Shown in pieces: positions 25,141-38,955 of a stretch of DNA of 64,000 bases. The first letter of the stretch is position 1. Every line of letters begins with the position of its first letter. Location of the stretch: NCBI GenBank assembly GCA_021432655.1, contig MU271254.1, positions 1 through 64,000 on the forward strand. The letters are read 5' to 3'. The stretch comes from Atractiella rhizophila (lineage: Eukaryota). Made by a program: the position numbers and the translations under genes. Below the pieces are notes generated by a model. That model did no database searches. It was not told the origin of the DNA and saw only the letters and a list, made by a program, of their open reading frames with translations.

Positions 25141-25469
25141 GGTGGTGCGCTTTTGAGAGTTCAGCTGAGCTGAGAAGACCCTGATGGTTCTTTTGTGGCT
25201 GAAAAGTCGGGGACCCTTGACCTTTTATTGTTCCTGTTTATCTGGCTTTACGGCTTTTGCCGTCACCCTGACGCTGTGTTTCATTCACTCGCGGCTTTCC
25301 GTCGGAGTTATCTCGGCAATGGCCGCCGCATTCTCGCACTTTCTCTTCTTCCACAACCGGCCATTGCCGCCCGAGGCATCGGCATCAGTAACACAACAGC
25401 AGCAAAGGTCGCACAGTCACGCAGAGTGGTTTACAGAGCAAGTTGTTGATACAAATCGTGAGAGGGATG

Positions 25470-26453
25470 TTAAACGTCGTCATCATTACCGAAAGAAAGC
25501 AATCCGCCCTTCTTCGGTTTCTTCTTTGTCGTTTTCGCTTTCCCTTTTTCACTGCCAGTCGGAGTCTTGTTCTTCGCTGGAGCCGCCTTCTCTTCCTTCT
25601 TCTCCAGTGGCAAAGGTAAAGATTCTTCCGGTTTGCTGGGGCCTGACGTGGTGGATTCCGGTGCTGTTTTTGGCCGTCGATTTCAATGACGAGCCGACCT
25701 CCATCCGTTTCCGCTTCGTGTAATCCTTCCAGTCTTCCTCCTCCTCTTCCTCCTCTTCATCTCCTTGAAGAGCAATTGCCTTTCGCTTCTTTTGCAGCAT
25801 CGACAGCGGTTCCGAGGTTTCGACATGCTTCTTCGAAGAAGAGGAAAAGTTAAGCGATCCTTTGGACTTGGTTTTCTTAGTAGCCTCTGCATCATCATCA
25901 AACGGTTGTTTGTGCTTGTCTAAACGTAAGTGTAAAACGTACCTTGAGCACCCTGAGATTTCTCAGCCATGACCTCCTCCTTCGTCAAATGCTTCCCCTC
26001 CTTCAACACCACGATCTGCGGCATCTCATCCTCATCCTCCTCGTCACTGCCTGCTTTCCGCTTCCCCCGTGGACGACGGTCCTCTTCATCCTCATCTCGA
26101 TACGGGTCGTCATCCGGTCGTGTCGGTATCGCGGGACGTGAGGGATCGAGCACTTCGCTGCGTTTCATTTCAGAGGGTGGTCAGGTCAGAATGAGATCAG
26201 GCAGTGAGAAAAGATGCACAATTCGGGACGTTCCTCTCTCTCCCGTCCGCTTTGGTCGTCTTCATCGTAATACTCCTCTTCGTCGTCGTAATCTCTCCTG
26301 CTTCCACGTAATGCTGCGACGGCGTTCTGAAGGAATTTAGGCTTCTGGTCAACGTAGACCATGCCTGTGATATGTGATGGTCAGCTTCCAGTTGCGCGTC
26401 AACTCAAGCGACAAACCTTTATATTGTGATGGCTTCACAGTGTCCCTACCCAT
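25470..26453 (-). CDS. DUF4604-like charged, disordered protein
   Basis: Spliced start MGRDTVKPSQYKG|MVYVDQKPKFLQ, central DEMPQIVVLKEGKHLT, C-terminal KKGGLLSFGNDDDV*. One internal splice is uncertain. Confidence 0.7.
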
Positions 26454-26651
26454 CTTTAAGCCTATGCCTTTGGTGCTGCTGAAATTTGGTGAGTAGCAGG
26501 TTGTTGACGTTGAATGTGGCTATAATGACTCATAAGAAGCCTTGCTTCTTTCTACTCCGATTTCGGCGATATCTTCCATGGGCTGCTTCCAGCATATTCG
26601 CACATATTTCCCAGCGCAGGCACACTTAGTTCACTTCATCCCACTTTACAG

Positions 26652-29004
26652 ATGTCCAACTCCCATCTCTTCCCCTCGTCCCCGCCATCTCCCACTGCCC
26701 CAACCCGCCCTACTTCCTCAGCCGCCAATAGATACTATGCCTCTAATTCTGCAAAGCCATTCTCCAAGAGCGCAGCTAAGCGAAGCTCTGTAATGGCACT
26801 GGGGTCTATCGCTGTATGTATCTTTCTTATGATTTCATGGGAAAGCGTTGAAGCTGACTGATCGATGCTGCAGCACTTGCAACACGTTTGTGCTCCTTGA
26901 TACCATCATTGCGTCCGATTGATGATCGAACGTTAGTTCTATGTAAAAAATGGACTCGCAAACCCAGAACGGTTCGTTCATCTTCTCGTTTCAGCAATGG
27001 AAGCAATCGGTAATAAAGGAATAGAGTGGCGGGCAAGAAGTTCTCCCGCTCTCCCCTTGTCCTGGCTCTCCCAGGAGCCCAACCTTCCTCTTACCTCTCC
27101 CCGTTGGACGACTTTGACGATCTCCCACCGTCTCCGGCTGTGCCCGATCCGAAGCCAGTCGTGCCGTTCATCGAGCTGAAGGAGCCAGTGAGACGGGACG
27201 CGAGAGAAGCAAGGATAGAAGTTCTGGGTAGTCTAGAGGAGGTTTGTCGAATGTGCGTGCTTTTAGCTTGTCTTCAATGTAGGTCGGAGGAGTGATAGGA
27301 TGGGGGTGAGAGAAGATGGGGACTCGTCGAGCACGTCAAACTAGCGCGGCGTCCATCCACAGATTCGATGCGAGTCCGTTCTCCCTCGCCCACGCCTCAC
27401 TCCCCCACTCGCGCATCACTAAACCTTCCCTCGACACCTTCTCAAGAACCATTCATCCTCACCCTCCTCCACACCACCACGTCCGCCATCCGTGCTGTCC
27501 AGAAATACGTCCTCTCTCTCCCTTCCGAATCCCTTCAAGCGATCCAGGACTCTCCCTCCGTACGCGATTCGCTCCTCGAAGTCGAACGAGCGAGGAATGA
27601 GCGATTTTCGAGCTCGATGGGAATATCCACTTCTGCCCGGTCCAGGAGCATGATGATACAGCCGAGTGGAGGGAGACTCTCCCTTGGACTTGCCAGTCCG
27701 AGTTCAGCGAATGTAGGGAGGAGGAGCTTCACTCCTGGTCAATTGGGTTCGGTGAAAGAAGGCGAAAAGGAAGAAAAGAAGGAAGACGCGCTCACGACGC
27801 TGAGGAGGAGCAGTCTTGATGTTTTGGGATCTTTGAAGGATATGGAGATGCGTTATCGGTTGCCGGGGCAGGAGGACGAAGGATTACTCAAAGAGGAGGA
27901 TGAGGAGGAGGTGGAAGAAGCGCGATCTAGCGGAAGCGGATCGGGCAGTGGTGAGGGGAAGGGAAAGGGATATATGTATCGGACGGATGTGGCGTTGGAG
28001 GATTTGCAGAAGGAAGCGGAGGTAGTGAGACGATATGTGGAGTTGGTGGATCACGTCTTGTTCCGAGATGCGGAGGGAAAGAAGAAGCGAAAGTCGGTCT
28101 TGCCACCTTCTCCTTCCAGCGGTTCGACGAAGAAGGGACGTCGTCAAGGGAGCCTGTTGGCGTCGTTTGGCCTGAGCGAGACTGGCATTACGGAGGAACC
28201 TGAGGATGAAGAGGGAGAGGGACCCGGCCCACAAATTGAGGTCACAAAGGCGCCGGAGCAAGAGGAAGAGGGAAGTAGTGAGGAGATTGAAGTCCCCGAT
28301 TGGGCAGCGGCGAACTATACGAATGATCCTCTCCGTTAGTACCGCTTTCATGCTAATAATCGCGATTCGTGATTCCTTTTGGATGAAATTGGGACAGGTC
28401 GAGCACACACCGTCCTTGCTGCATATCTGTCAGCAAGGGTGATATTTCACTTGTCGCCTCCATTTGGTGACGGTTCTCGTGATTCTTTTCTCGATTCATT
28501 GCACGATGGCACCTTACTTTGTTTGGCCTACAATTCGGCACTGAGGAAGAGCCAGAGACCGTGGGGCTTCATCCAGCCCCATTCGATTCATGACCTTTTC
28601 TCTGCTCAAGAACCATCGATTGGTGGGGGGCATTCGAAGGAGGGCAGCGAGAAGGAGGGCAGCGAGAAGGACAGGGAGCGAACGAAGGTGGGGATGACAT
28701 TCAGAAAAATCGAAAATCTGCGGGTTTGGGCTGCGTACGCGTTCCCATCCTCTACATTCTTAGGACGATGTCTGATTGTCTTTTCGATAACAGTGCTTTG
28801 AAACTGCGTTACCTCGTCAATCTTACCCCTCCGCCAGCTCCGAAGGAGAAGGATAAAGATGCCCCTATCGTCGCACCTCCGCCAGCTTTTGAACCGAAGG
28901 TGGTCGCGAGGAAAGAGCAAGGGTGGGAGGATATGCTGGAACACGCTGTTTTGAGGTGGGTGCATGCGTTGGTGGAGGAGACGAGGGCAGAGGGTCTAGC
29001 TTGA
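26652..29004 (+). CDS. Conserved fungal hypothetical protein with C-terminal calponin-homology-like region
   Basis: N-terminal AKRSSVMALGSIA|HLQH; long exon 27368..28334; C-terminal LHDGTLLCLAYN...RPWGFI...ENLRVWAA|ALKLRY. Confidence 0.65.
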
Positions 29005-30292
29005 GACTACTTTGGCAGCCTTTGCAGCGTTCCATTTGCCTTGAGCTCAACTTCGTTTCGTTCTATCATTAGTCCAATTCATGAGCTGTTGGCTGAGGGG
29101 GAGGGCAACACTTCCACTGATGGGTATTGTAACCATGTATCGAGCATTTTAGTTGCAGGCGTAACGTGATTTGGGCAGCTGGTATTTCAGTCGATTACAA
29201 GAGCCTCCTGTCCTCGGTGCAACAGAGAAAAACGAAAAACAAACCAATCCGTACGCGGCATGTACGAGGCGTACGCCGAACCAAGCGATGATGAAGCGTT
29301 GATTTGAAGACGTACTATGTTCAAGGTCTGGGACATCTAGGAGCGCTCCAAAGTGTGATCGGGAGGAGGGATATAGAAGGAAACGTTAGACTGTTCTTGG
29401 ACAATGCAAGAGGAAAGGAGAAGTGCTTCGGTTGGGATGTACTGGAAGAGTGCGTCTTCTTTCGATTCCGATAGTTGTAAAAGGTATTTTTAAATGGCTT
29501 GTATTTACTATCAAGAAATGTGTAAACTTGAATTTAGCGCAACGTTCAAGCCTGCGCTTATAATTGGTGGTTTTTTTCATTGTTCCTGCTGCTGTCGCAA
29601 TGCATGTAAGTCAGCTCCTATGTGGGCCTGTGCAGAAGAGGTAGTAAGAGTGTAAAGGTTGATAGGTAGTCCGCCTGTTAAACAGTTTGATAAAAGCAGG
29701 ACTGATAAGGGAGCTCTGGGCGTGACAGTGTATATCTGCCGCGAATGGATATTGGACATTCATACTGCAAAGAGCAGTTTATGTATAAATTTACACGCTT
29801 CCGATTGTGTATTCCGACGCTGACGCTTGACGCTTGCAACCGAAGTCACCAACTTGTGGCTTTCTTCTCGGCGTTTATGACGGACCATGAGCAAGTCAGG
29901 AGTGGGAACTTCCTGATGTAGAGTGGCTTTGCGCAAATTCCGACAGGTTATAAAAGGGAGACCTTCTATCTTTGGTTTCCCATGTTACTGCCTGGACATA
30001 GGCGCAACGAGGGCTCAAGAATCCTCGGTGTCGAGTGTGGGGTTCTCCTCAACTCGGAATCTTCATAATTTTTTGATCTGGCTGAGGAGGTCTCCTCCTG
30101 GCCTTCAACTTTTTTTATCCACCACAGCAATTTGTGAAAGGCATGTTGTCAGATATTGCGCTGAAAAGCTCCACTAAATGGTCTGTGTTGAATACGATAT
30201 ATTAAACCTACATTTACCAAATCATCCGTAAATTAGTAGATTTCTATTTAAATGGACGCATTATTTAAGTACATATCATCAAAGGAACTGAC

Positions 30293-30395
30293 AATAGGAT
30301 AAACTTTGTTTGAGATGTTATAAGTAATAGGATAAACTTTGTTTGAGATGTTATAAGTAATAGGATATACTTTGTTTGAGATGTTATAAGTAATA
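30293..30395. repeat. 33-bp tandem repeat, ~3.1 copies
   Basis: AATAGGATAAACTTTGTTTGAGATGTTATAAGT at 30293, 30326 and 30359 (one mismatch in the third copy); no spacers. Confidence 0.95.
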
Positions 30396-30721
30396 AAAAA
30401 TCGACCTTATGAATGGGAATTACACGTGATTTTTGTATAAATCCAATTAATGTGACGGCCGATGGAGCTATTCCTTTCTTTCGTGTTTGGGAGGGCAACA
30501 TTGATTTTGACCAAATATCTGGAACAGCGTCTGGTCTCTTCGGAGTGTGATATGGCACAGATGCAACTTCCTGTTTCAGATGAGAGTAACCTCACTCGGG
30601 GTAAGTTACTGAGCGAGCATTGCCTTTAATTCGTTTAATCTTGCATTGTCTCGAATAATGAGGGTATACACCAAAGAAATTGCACGTCTCCATCGACAGT
30701 AAACACAAAAGTGAGGACAAA

Positions 30722-32930
30722 CTACATCTCCTCGTCCATATCTCCTGGCTCCCCACCAGCCCCAAAGAACTCTGAAAAGTTGTAAGGTTGATTAGACTGC
30801 TCTCCAGCCATCTCTGCATCCCCATCACCAGCCGCATTCGAGATATTTCCCCCAGCCACCCTACGCTTTTCCTTTTCCTTCTTCTTTTTGTCCTTCTTCG
30901 CAGCCTTCTTGATAGCTTTGTTAGCCTGCACAGGTGCTTCCTCACCTTCAAACATTCTATCCTTCTGTGTGGTTCCTTTCTTCACATCCCCTGCGAAGGA
31001 CACCCGTTTCTTAGGTGGCTGAACGGACACGAAGGCTCCTCCCTCAACTTCGTCATCCTCTCCCTCTGCTTTTCGTTTATGCGAAATCGCAGGCTCATCC
31101 TCTACTTCCATCTCTGCGTCCTCTTGCTCCCCTCCCACCCAGCTCACACGGGCATCCGAAGGTTCGGCCATTGCATCCTCGCTGACTATCTTGACGAGCG
31201 ACTTTCCCATCTCCTTGCTCCCCTTTAGATCCCTCAGGGCATCCTTGTCCGCCTCTCCATATAATCCTCCGAGATCAAACTCAGGTGCCAACTCAGTAAC
31301 GATGGTTGCGCTTCCAACGTCGGAGGAGTCCATGGTGGCGAGAGGAGCGTCAGGTTGCTTCGCTTCTGGAACGGTGGGGGGATTGGTGTAGTATGGTATG
31401 CGGCCGGATTGCCAATCGCGTAACACCATCCGTGCTGCACCTGTGAGGTCAGGAAGACCGCCTTTTCGTATGCGACCGCGAGAGCGCGCAACTTGGACGA
31501 GGAAGTCTTGAACTGTTTGGAAGACGGGGATGTTGTAGAGCATCATGAGATGTTCGGACTTGCAAATATTTAGGATAAACTCCACTGTCCGTCTATCAGA
31601 CTCGTAAAAACAAGAGGAGGGAGAAGGACACGTACCCGGTCCAATGGGATCCTGAACATCTTCCACTTTTACTGCGTTGCGGAGAACAATTCGAGGATCT
31701 TCCTTCCCGACTCCTTCTCCACTTTCAAGCACAACACCCGGACAGTCCAGTACTTTCAGACCTTTATCTATGACTATCTCCTGTACTTGTTTTGTATACC
31801 CAGGCACTGGGGCAACTCCGCAAGCTTTAGAGCGCTTGAGGGTGTTGATAAGGCTGGACTTGCCCACGTTGGGATATCCGATGATTCCTACGGTGAGTGA
31901 CTTTGGTTTCGCGTTGGAGGTGGAGGTGGAAGGAGCGGAGAGGTCGGAGCGAGAGAAGTTTTTGAGAAGAGAAATGAGGGGTTGGGTGGATGTGGAGGTC
32001 GCGACAGTGGTGTCTGCTGTGAAATTGGCACGGGAGGAGAGATTGGAGCGCTGGGATTGCGTGGAAGACTTGAATGGAAGGGTGGGATGGATTCGACGGA
32101 GGTAGACGAGCCAAGCAAGGACGTTTTCTCGCGGCACAAGATCTGCATGACAATGATCATGTTAGCGCACCATTTCCGTGAAAGCATAGAAATGCAGATA
32201 TGGCCAACGCACCGATCTTGTTTAATACCAACACGAGTTTCTTCCTTTGCACCCCTCCGGATCTTAATACCTCCTTCTCAACCAGCATACTCCTCGTTCC
32301 TATCGGATCTCGCGCATCCAACACTTCCACAATCACATCCGAAAGCTCAATCACCTTTTTCAAGCTCTTCGCATGCGTGCGCAAATTCGCAGATTCAGGA
32401 ACTACATCTTGCGTCTCGTCTTCTTCGATGTCGAGAGACATATTTTCGGACGTTGCGCCGGAGAGTGCAGCTAGCGCAGAAGCATCGGTAGCAAGTGAGG
32501 ATGGAGCGAGAGCACGAGCTTGACGATCAGCCGCTTTCTGTGGTCAGCATAAAGGTCAACGATTGTTTCTGCCGGAAGAAACAAAGCACTCACCTTCTCT
32601 TTAGCTTCCTTCATCTCCTTCAGCAACCTCTCTTTGTACGGAAAAGCAGCGGGAATGCCAGGATCTTTCTTGACCCCTTTTCACGATGAGACAACGTCGT
32701 CAACAACCCATTGTTCCAGAGATAGCACAAAGAACGAAAGAAACGCACTAGATTTCCAAGTGACCTCATTCTTAGCTTCCTTCTTTGCCTTTTTGTGAGA
32801 AGCAGATATCCGCTTCTTGACCATCTCCCTCTGTCTCGTCGTTTGACGGTTAGACGTCTCTGCCAATAGAAGGAGAGGTAAGACAGAGCCATCAGACGTA
32901 GAAATGCGTACTCTTGCGTATTTTGACCAT
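30722..32930 (-). CDS. NUG1: Nucleolar circularly permuted GTPase (Nug1/GNL3-like)
   Basis: Basic N-terminus MVKIRKKTSNR, KKDPGIP, EVLDARDP, LNKID, GYPNVGKSSLIN, DCPG, DWQSGRIPYY. Confidence 0.93.
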
Positions 32931-33192
32931 GTTTAATATCTATCCCCAAGTGCTCTAGCCGTGAACGTCGCCAGTCACTCCCAAAATTTTATCGCCGAAC
33001 TCGGAGTAGGAAGCTGTAGTTTGGGATCACAAACACCGGTTACTACCGGTTATTTCCCTTTCAACATCGTCAACTGGCAAGCATATCAACCAGCAACCAG
33101 CATTCCTTTGGCCTAATAAACTCTCTGGCTCACTTGCCTTCAGCATACCTCAGCACGTATTACACTCAGTAGCATCCATCATTTCTAGCAAA

Positions 33193-34750
33193 ATGGGAGA
33201 CTCTCTGGTTCATGCAGCGGCAGGCTCATTGGGGGGTGAGTTGCCTCAGCCCTCCTCCTCCAACGGGCGTTTTGCTAACAGCTTCTATGCATTCCAGGCA
33301 TCGTAGCAATGTACCTGTCATTTCACGCGTCTTCATGCTTCATACTCATGAGCGAACAAATGCAGGGCTGTCACCTGTATGCATATTTGTCAAAATAGCT
33401 CAATATTCCTCAATTGACGTTACACCTAGATCCTCTCATCAACATCTCCACGAGAGCCCAGGTTGAGACAAAGAAGCACCCTAATCAGGTGGATACTTGC
33501 CTTTCCGACCCGAGAAGCTTCTAACTGGAGGAATAGGGAACCAGAGCGGCGATTCTCAAGGTGTTGAACCAGGAAGGCATCTGGGGCCTATACGATGGAC
33601 TGTCCAGCTCTCTCCTAGGAATAGCAGTCACGAATGGGTGCGTATATATTTCTCACTGTCTACAGTTTGCTCTAATCATGCTTTTGACGCCGCAGAATCT
33701 ACTACCTCTTGTGAGTCACTCTTGTCCTTTGAGAAATGATGCAATAACACCATGCATTCTGCAGCTTTGAAGAGTCGAGGTCCGCCCTCCTGCGTCTCAA
33801 GAACACCAAATCTCCATCTCTCACTACGCTTGAATCCATGCTGGCTGGCGCCATAGCTGGTTCGTCCCGTCTCCTCCCTTAGGTTGAAAAGGTTGAAACG
33901 ACCCGGCATGTGAAAAGGGAGTGCGACGAGCATAATTTCCAACCCCATCTGGGTCGTGTACGTCTTCCTTACTTTCTCTTTCCGCGCGTGCATCCACGGT
34001 CGAAACCGTGTTGACGTGATGATGTAACAGGAACACCCGCCAGACTGTCAGGACGACGTTGCAGGGTAATGCTGCTGAGGGCGAGAAGAGAGTCGTCACC
34101 AAGAAATTGTCCTTTGCTCAGACCGTCCTTCACATCCTGAACACCGATGGTTTGCCCTTCCGCCGTCGAAAAGGTGGCACCTAATAGATTGATTGACCTA
34201 GGATGGAAAGCTTTCTTCCATGGTTTGGGGCCGGCCTTGGTGTTGGTCATAAACCCCATCATTCAGGTATGCCCTCCCCTCTATTTTAGTTCAGTTCCAA
34301 AGACATATTGACTAAAGTATGGAATTTTAGTACACCCTGTTTGAACAGCTCAAGAATGTTCTCTTGTCTCGTAAACCCAAGTTGACAGACATTGACTACT
34401 TCTACCTTGGTGCTCTGTCTAAACTGATCGCCACTGGGTTGACCTACCCCGTCCGTCTCTGCCACTCTCTTCAATCTACTGATTTGCTCACCAATTCATG
34501 CTTATTGAAATAGTATCTAACGATCAAGAGCCGTCAACAAGCCAACATCCCGAATTCGAAACAACACCGTTCCTCCCTGCATGCCCTTCGTGCAATCGTC
34601 GATGAAGAAGGTGTCGAGGGTCTGTATCGCGGTATCGGGCCTAAGCTCTTTCAGTCCGTTCTGACCGCCGCATTCTTGTTTATGAGCAAGGAGAGGATTT
34701 ATGCTATTACCAAGGATGTTTTGGAGAAGAGGAAGAGGGTAGTGGCTTGA
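33193..34750 (+). CDS. Mitochondrial-carrier-family peroxisomal transporter (PMP47/SLC25A17-like)
   Basis: MGDSLVHAAAGSLGG; carrier motifs YPLINISTR, NPIWV, YP.LTIKSR; GPALVLVINPIIQY; LYRGIGPKLFQSVLTAAFLF. Many short exons. Confidence 0.88.
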
Positions 34751-34935
34751 TCTGTTGAGCCTTTTTACATGTATGAGGGGAAGTCATAAAGGCTAGGATC
34801 GGCTTGTGTATAGTGCTGACTTTGAGGAGAGTACAGAATAATAATAACATCAACTTTTTGCGTGATACATAAACTGGTGATAAAACAATACAGCGTCCGT
34901 CTAGAGGAAGGAACTCAACAGAATGCAAAAATACA

Positions 34936-37900
34936 TCAATCTGAATCACTATCCATTCTTGCAGCATCAGAGTCGTACTTTGTCTGTGTCCAAATCTCCC
35001 AAATTCTCTTCGACAATGCACCTTTCACCTGCCCGCTGTCTGCTTCCACTTTCACATTATCCATAACGAAGCTCTCGCCCTTATTCAATTTGCGCCTTTT
35101 CTTCCCTCTCCCCTCTTTTTCCTCATTGTCGTTCTCCAACTCCTCAAGTTGTCCCTTGATCGCGCACCAAAATGCTTGTGGTGTCTCGTACTTTTCGACG
35201 ATGGGAACACACTTTTGGTCTGAGAGACCATTCACCCGCAACAGCATCTTTGCCCATGCCATGGAGAGAGGGGCATACGACTTGATGTTCAGAGCAGTGA
35301 AGTTAGCAAAGGTGGTGTGCAATGGACGTTCGAAGGGGGAGACAGAGGAGTATAGAGAGCAAAGAAGAGGAAGATAAGTTGAGCGGTCGACGTGTTCCTC
35401 TGGAATCACGTAAAATGATTCTTGTGCCTGTCCGTGAGCTTGGATCAGTGCGGAGTGAGAAAAAGAGCAATTATCAGACCATAAACTCCTCCATAATGAC
35501 TTCTGTGCGTAAAGCCAAACACTCAATCGTGTCGCTCAAGCTCCTAGTCCATTCAATATGGAAACCATCCGACACTTGGGATTGGCTCTTGATTGTCCAA
35601 ATAGCTTGCTCCCATGAACTTTCCATACGCCCTCGCAGTCCAAACTCTTCAATCAGATAGATCTTGTTCGTTATTCCGCTTCGCGTCATTCGTCCCTACA
35701 ATCCTATCAGTAACAACGACAAAAGTAGTAGGGAAGTGGGGAACCTTTTGTTCGGAGTACCGACCACCAGTCACACTTTGAATCAGGTCGTCGAGCCGTT
35801 TCCGCTCCAAAACGTAATTCAAGACAATCTCATCGTAATTGTCTCTTTGCTGAGAGATCCTCTGCGCGATCCAAATAACATCCCCGACCTCAAGTGGCCG
35901 CATTTCAACGCAGACGCCTCGTTTACGAAGACCATTTGCAGTATCCCCCGTGTCCCCTAACGCATAGATTTGACTTTATGCCACCTATGCCGACTGACAA
36001 GACTCACCTCCCTCTCTCGTGTCTAAGATCAGTTTGACCACATAATCCTTTGGATCCAGAGCTCGAGGGCGAACACCGCTGAAGTCTAGTGCTCCAGAAT
36101 TAATGCTACGAGAAGAAGCAAGGGTCATGAGATTAGGAGGGTCCATTCGCATCGCTGAAGGTTTGTCAATGGATCCCATTGATGCAGATCCTCGACTGAA
36201 TCCAGCATTTGAGGAGGAGAGAGGGAGCTCCTCCCAAGCTCGCTTTTTCGGATTCGCGTCTTTGGAACGATGGTTCTCTGCCTTTGAATCATATCCTTTC
36301 TGGGAGGACACTTCCACCCCAAGGTCCATTCCCACTTCAAGATCATTTTCGTCGTCGCTCAGTGTGATGGGCATGCTGGGAGAAGCGGGTCGACCGAAGG
36401 TGACATTTACAGGAGGCTGGTAGATCGCGTCTTCGTCCTTCTTCGTCTCTGGCAGTTTGCTTCCCATCAGATCGTTGACAGCCTTCTTGCGGTCGAACTT
36501 GGGTTTTCCCCCAGAATCTTGGTTCGAAGCAGTGCTGGTAACAGATACCCTAGTCTGCTGAGAAAACATATTCATTCTCCCTACATCTTTAGATGAATTG
36601 GGTGCTTTGGGTGCAGGAACATCTTGATCCCAGGGCTTGCATCGCTGGAACGACAGTTGTCCTTTAAGCCAGCCAATACACGTTCCAGCTCTCACAGGCT
36701 CGATCAATCCAAATCCTTCATGGCCCGATTGCAAAAGGACTGCCTTCTTCCTAAATGGATGCTCCAAACGAGATGCTTCAAACTCCACTTTGTAAATACT
36801 CATCATGTCGCTGTCCATAAACAAATCTGCGTCTGATTTGTTTATTACGCGATTATTGCCTTCGTCAAGGTACCAGAAGTAGAATGGCATACTGTCCGCC
36901 TCGTTTACATTCGTGTGTGAGTTCGTTGAGGGTCCAGCAGAAGGCAGTTGCGAAGACGATGGTTGTCTCTCGATCCTAGCAGAAGATACCACAATGTCAT
37001 CATCGTCATCGATAACCGCTCGTACAGCAGGCTGGGCTACCGATGTCTGTGCAGCATTCTTCTTCTCTGCATCTGCTTTCATCTTCGCTTCCACTTGGGC
37101 TAGCAGGACTGATCGTCCTGCGACGTTATGTTGCCTGTTTGGCGGTGGAGCTCGAGCAGGAGAGGAACTGAGAACTGAAGCTGCAGAGGCTTTCGACGGC
37201 GCAGGCGGCCGTGCATGATTAGGCGACGAAGGCGGAGATGATGTGGGAGGGGCGATAGGCTGTGACCTTTGAGGTTGGAGGACATCCTTTGGCGGCGGCT
37301 GTGAAGGAGCAGGAGGGCTTTCAGGAACAAATTTACCTTGTTTTCGAAGGATCTCTGCTCGAAAACCGGAAACGGCAGGTGGGCTAACGTTCCGTCCCCT
37401 CGAATTGGGCCTCCCACGGACGCTTTTTTCCTCGCTCGAATCAGCATCTTCTTCATTCTCGGAGAAAGTTGCAAGCACCCCAGCCGATTGCTTCTTCTTC
37501 GGTGCTGCTTTCTTCTTCGCCTTTGGTTCTCTCGCCGTATCTCTAACTCATCCTGAGTATCAATTGCTCCGTCGTCCCAATCTTTTACAAGGGGTCCCAA
37601 CACTGGCACCCGCAGCCCGTTCTCGAGCTTCCTGCCATCTCCAATAATCTTCTTCTCCAGATTCTTGATGAGTTTCCTTGCGAGAAGGTATCCTTTGCTG
37701 GACAACCTCCAACCTTTGGGTTCACCCCTCCTTCCTTCCTTGATTACGAGTTCTACATCCCTGTCAGGATCTGAATTTTGAGGGCAGGACCCCACCTTTC
37801 TCAGTTAAAGTCTTCATGCCATTGAATCCAGTAAAGTATTTTCCTTTCTCGCCACTCTTCTTATTCCCTTCCGTGAAGGAAGTTGAAGTCCAGGGTTGAC

Positions 37901-38814
37901 CTTCCTTAATGATTTCAGACTGAGACCGGCAGACATCCCTACCATAGAAGTGAACAGTTAGCATTAGCATCAGAAATAATAGCTTACAGCCCGTCACGAT
38001 CGTCTTTCCCCAGGATGAAGAGCGCTATCATGATAGCCCACGTAGCCGACTTTTCGGTTGGCGTGTATGCTCTAGGCTTTTTCTCCTTGGTGTTTGAGCT
38101 CCCATTTTTCGTCTTCTCGCTACTCGGCTTTTTCTGAGATGAATCTTCCTCCTCCTCATCGGACGAACCCGCAGCGTATTTCGCGCCTTGCTGACTTTAG
38201 GTAGGAGCAACTCATAGGAAGACTATCTCACGCCGTTGTTTGGCCGTCAATCCATCGTCTGGGACGAACCGCTTCTTCTTTGTCTTCCTCTCAGGAGCAT
38301 CGCCGTCTGAACCCTGCCTTACTCGTTTGCGGGAATCGGAGCCACCTGTTGCCTGTTTAGTTGTCTCTGAAGAAAGCAAGTGGTGACGAACCAATTAACA
38401 TGTTATCCCCGCCTCCTGTTCCAATGTTTGAGTCTTCCCCACCGTTTCTCTCCTTCTTCATCTTCTTCTCCAGAAAGGCAGCAATGTGCTTCCCTGTTGA
38501 ATTGTTAGACAGAGGAACACTTCAGAATGTACGTGCCTATGCCCTTGATATTCAGGGCCTCTTGAGTCGTCTGGATTTTCATGGGACACTGTCTCAGCGA
38601 GGCTGCAGCCTGGCACATCATACTGAATATCCCACGCGCTACCCACTCAATAGGAGAACTAGGGGAAACGAACCCTATGAAAGGCATTGTAGGACTGATG
38701 CCCTTTCTCTTCCAGCGCTTCTGCCTCCTCCTGCAACCACTGAATCCACTTTGCATTTGGCCCTGTCGCCGCGTTTTGCGTGTAAGCGCCGCCGCCAACT
38801 CCAAGCCTGCTCAT
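34936..38814 (-). CDS. MUS81: Crossover junction endonuclease Mus81
   Basis: N-terminal HhH (ASLRQCP...IKGIG), winged-helix-like segment, ERCC4 domain LILDTRE...LEVGDVIWIA...LERKRLDDL...RYSEQK, C-terminal HhH. Confidence 0.9.
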
Positions 38815-38955
38815 TGCTGTTTGACTGCGACACAATCGACAATCGACAACTACGCGGGATGCAAGGGGCGAAGTAGGGTCAGGGTCTCAAAATAATGCCT
38901 TTACGTCATTGGCAAAGAGAGCAGAAGTAACGACAGAGTGGAGAATCTACGACAG

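Noticed and set aside
30293..30395. 33-bp repeats as a CRISPR array
   Set aside because: The copies abut with no spacers, there are no cas genes, and the context is eukaryotic.
30265..30558. ORF with KSRVIPIHK, resembling a LINE reverse-transcriptase motif
   Set aside because: Only one short motif, a GTG start, and the ORF is extended by the minisatellite; no other RT motifs found.
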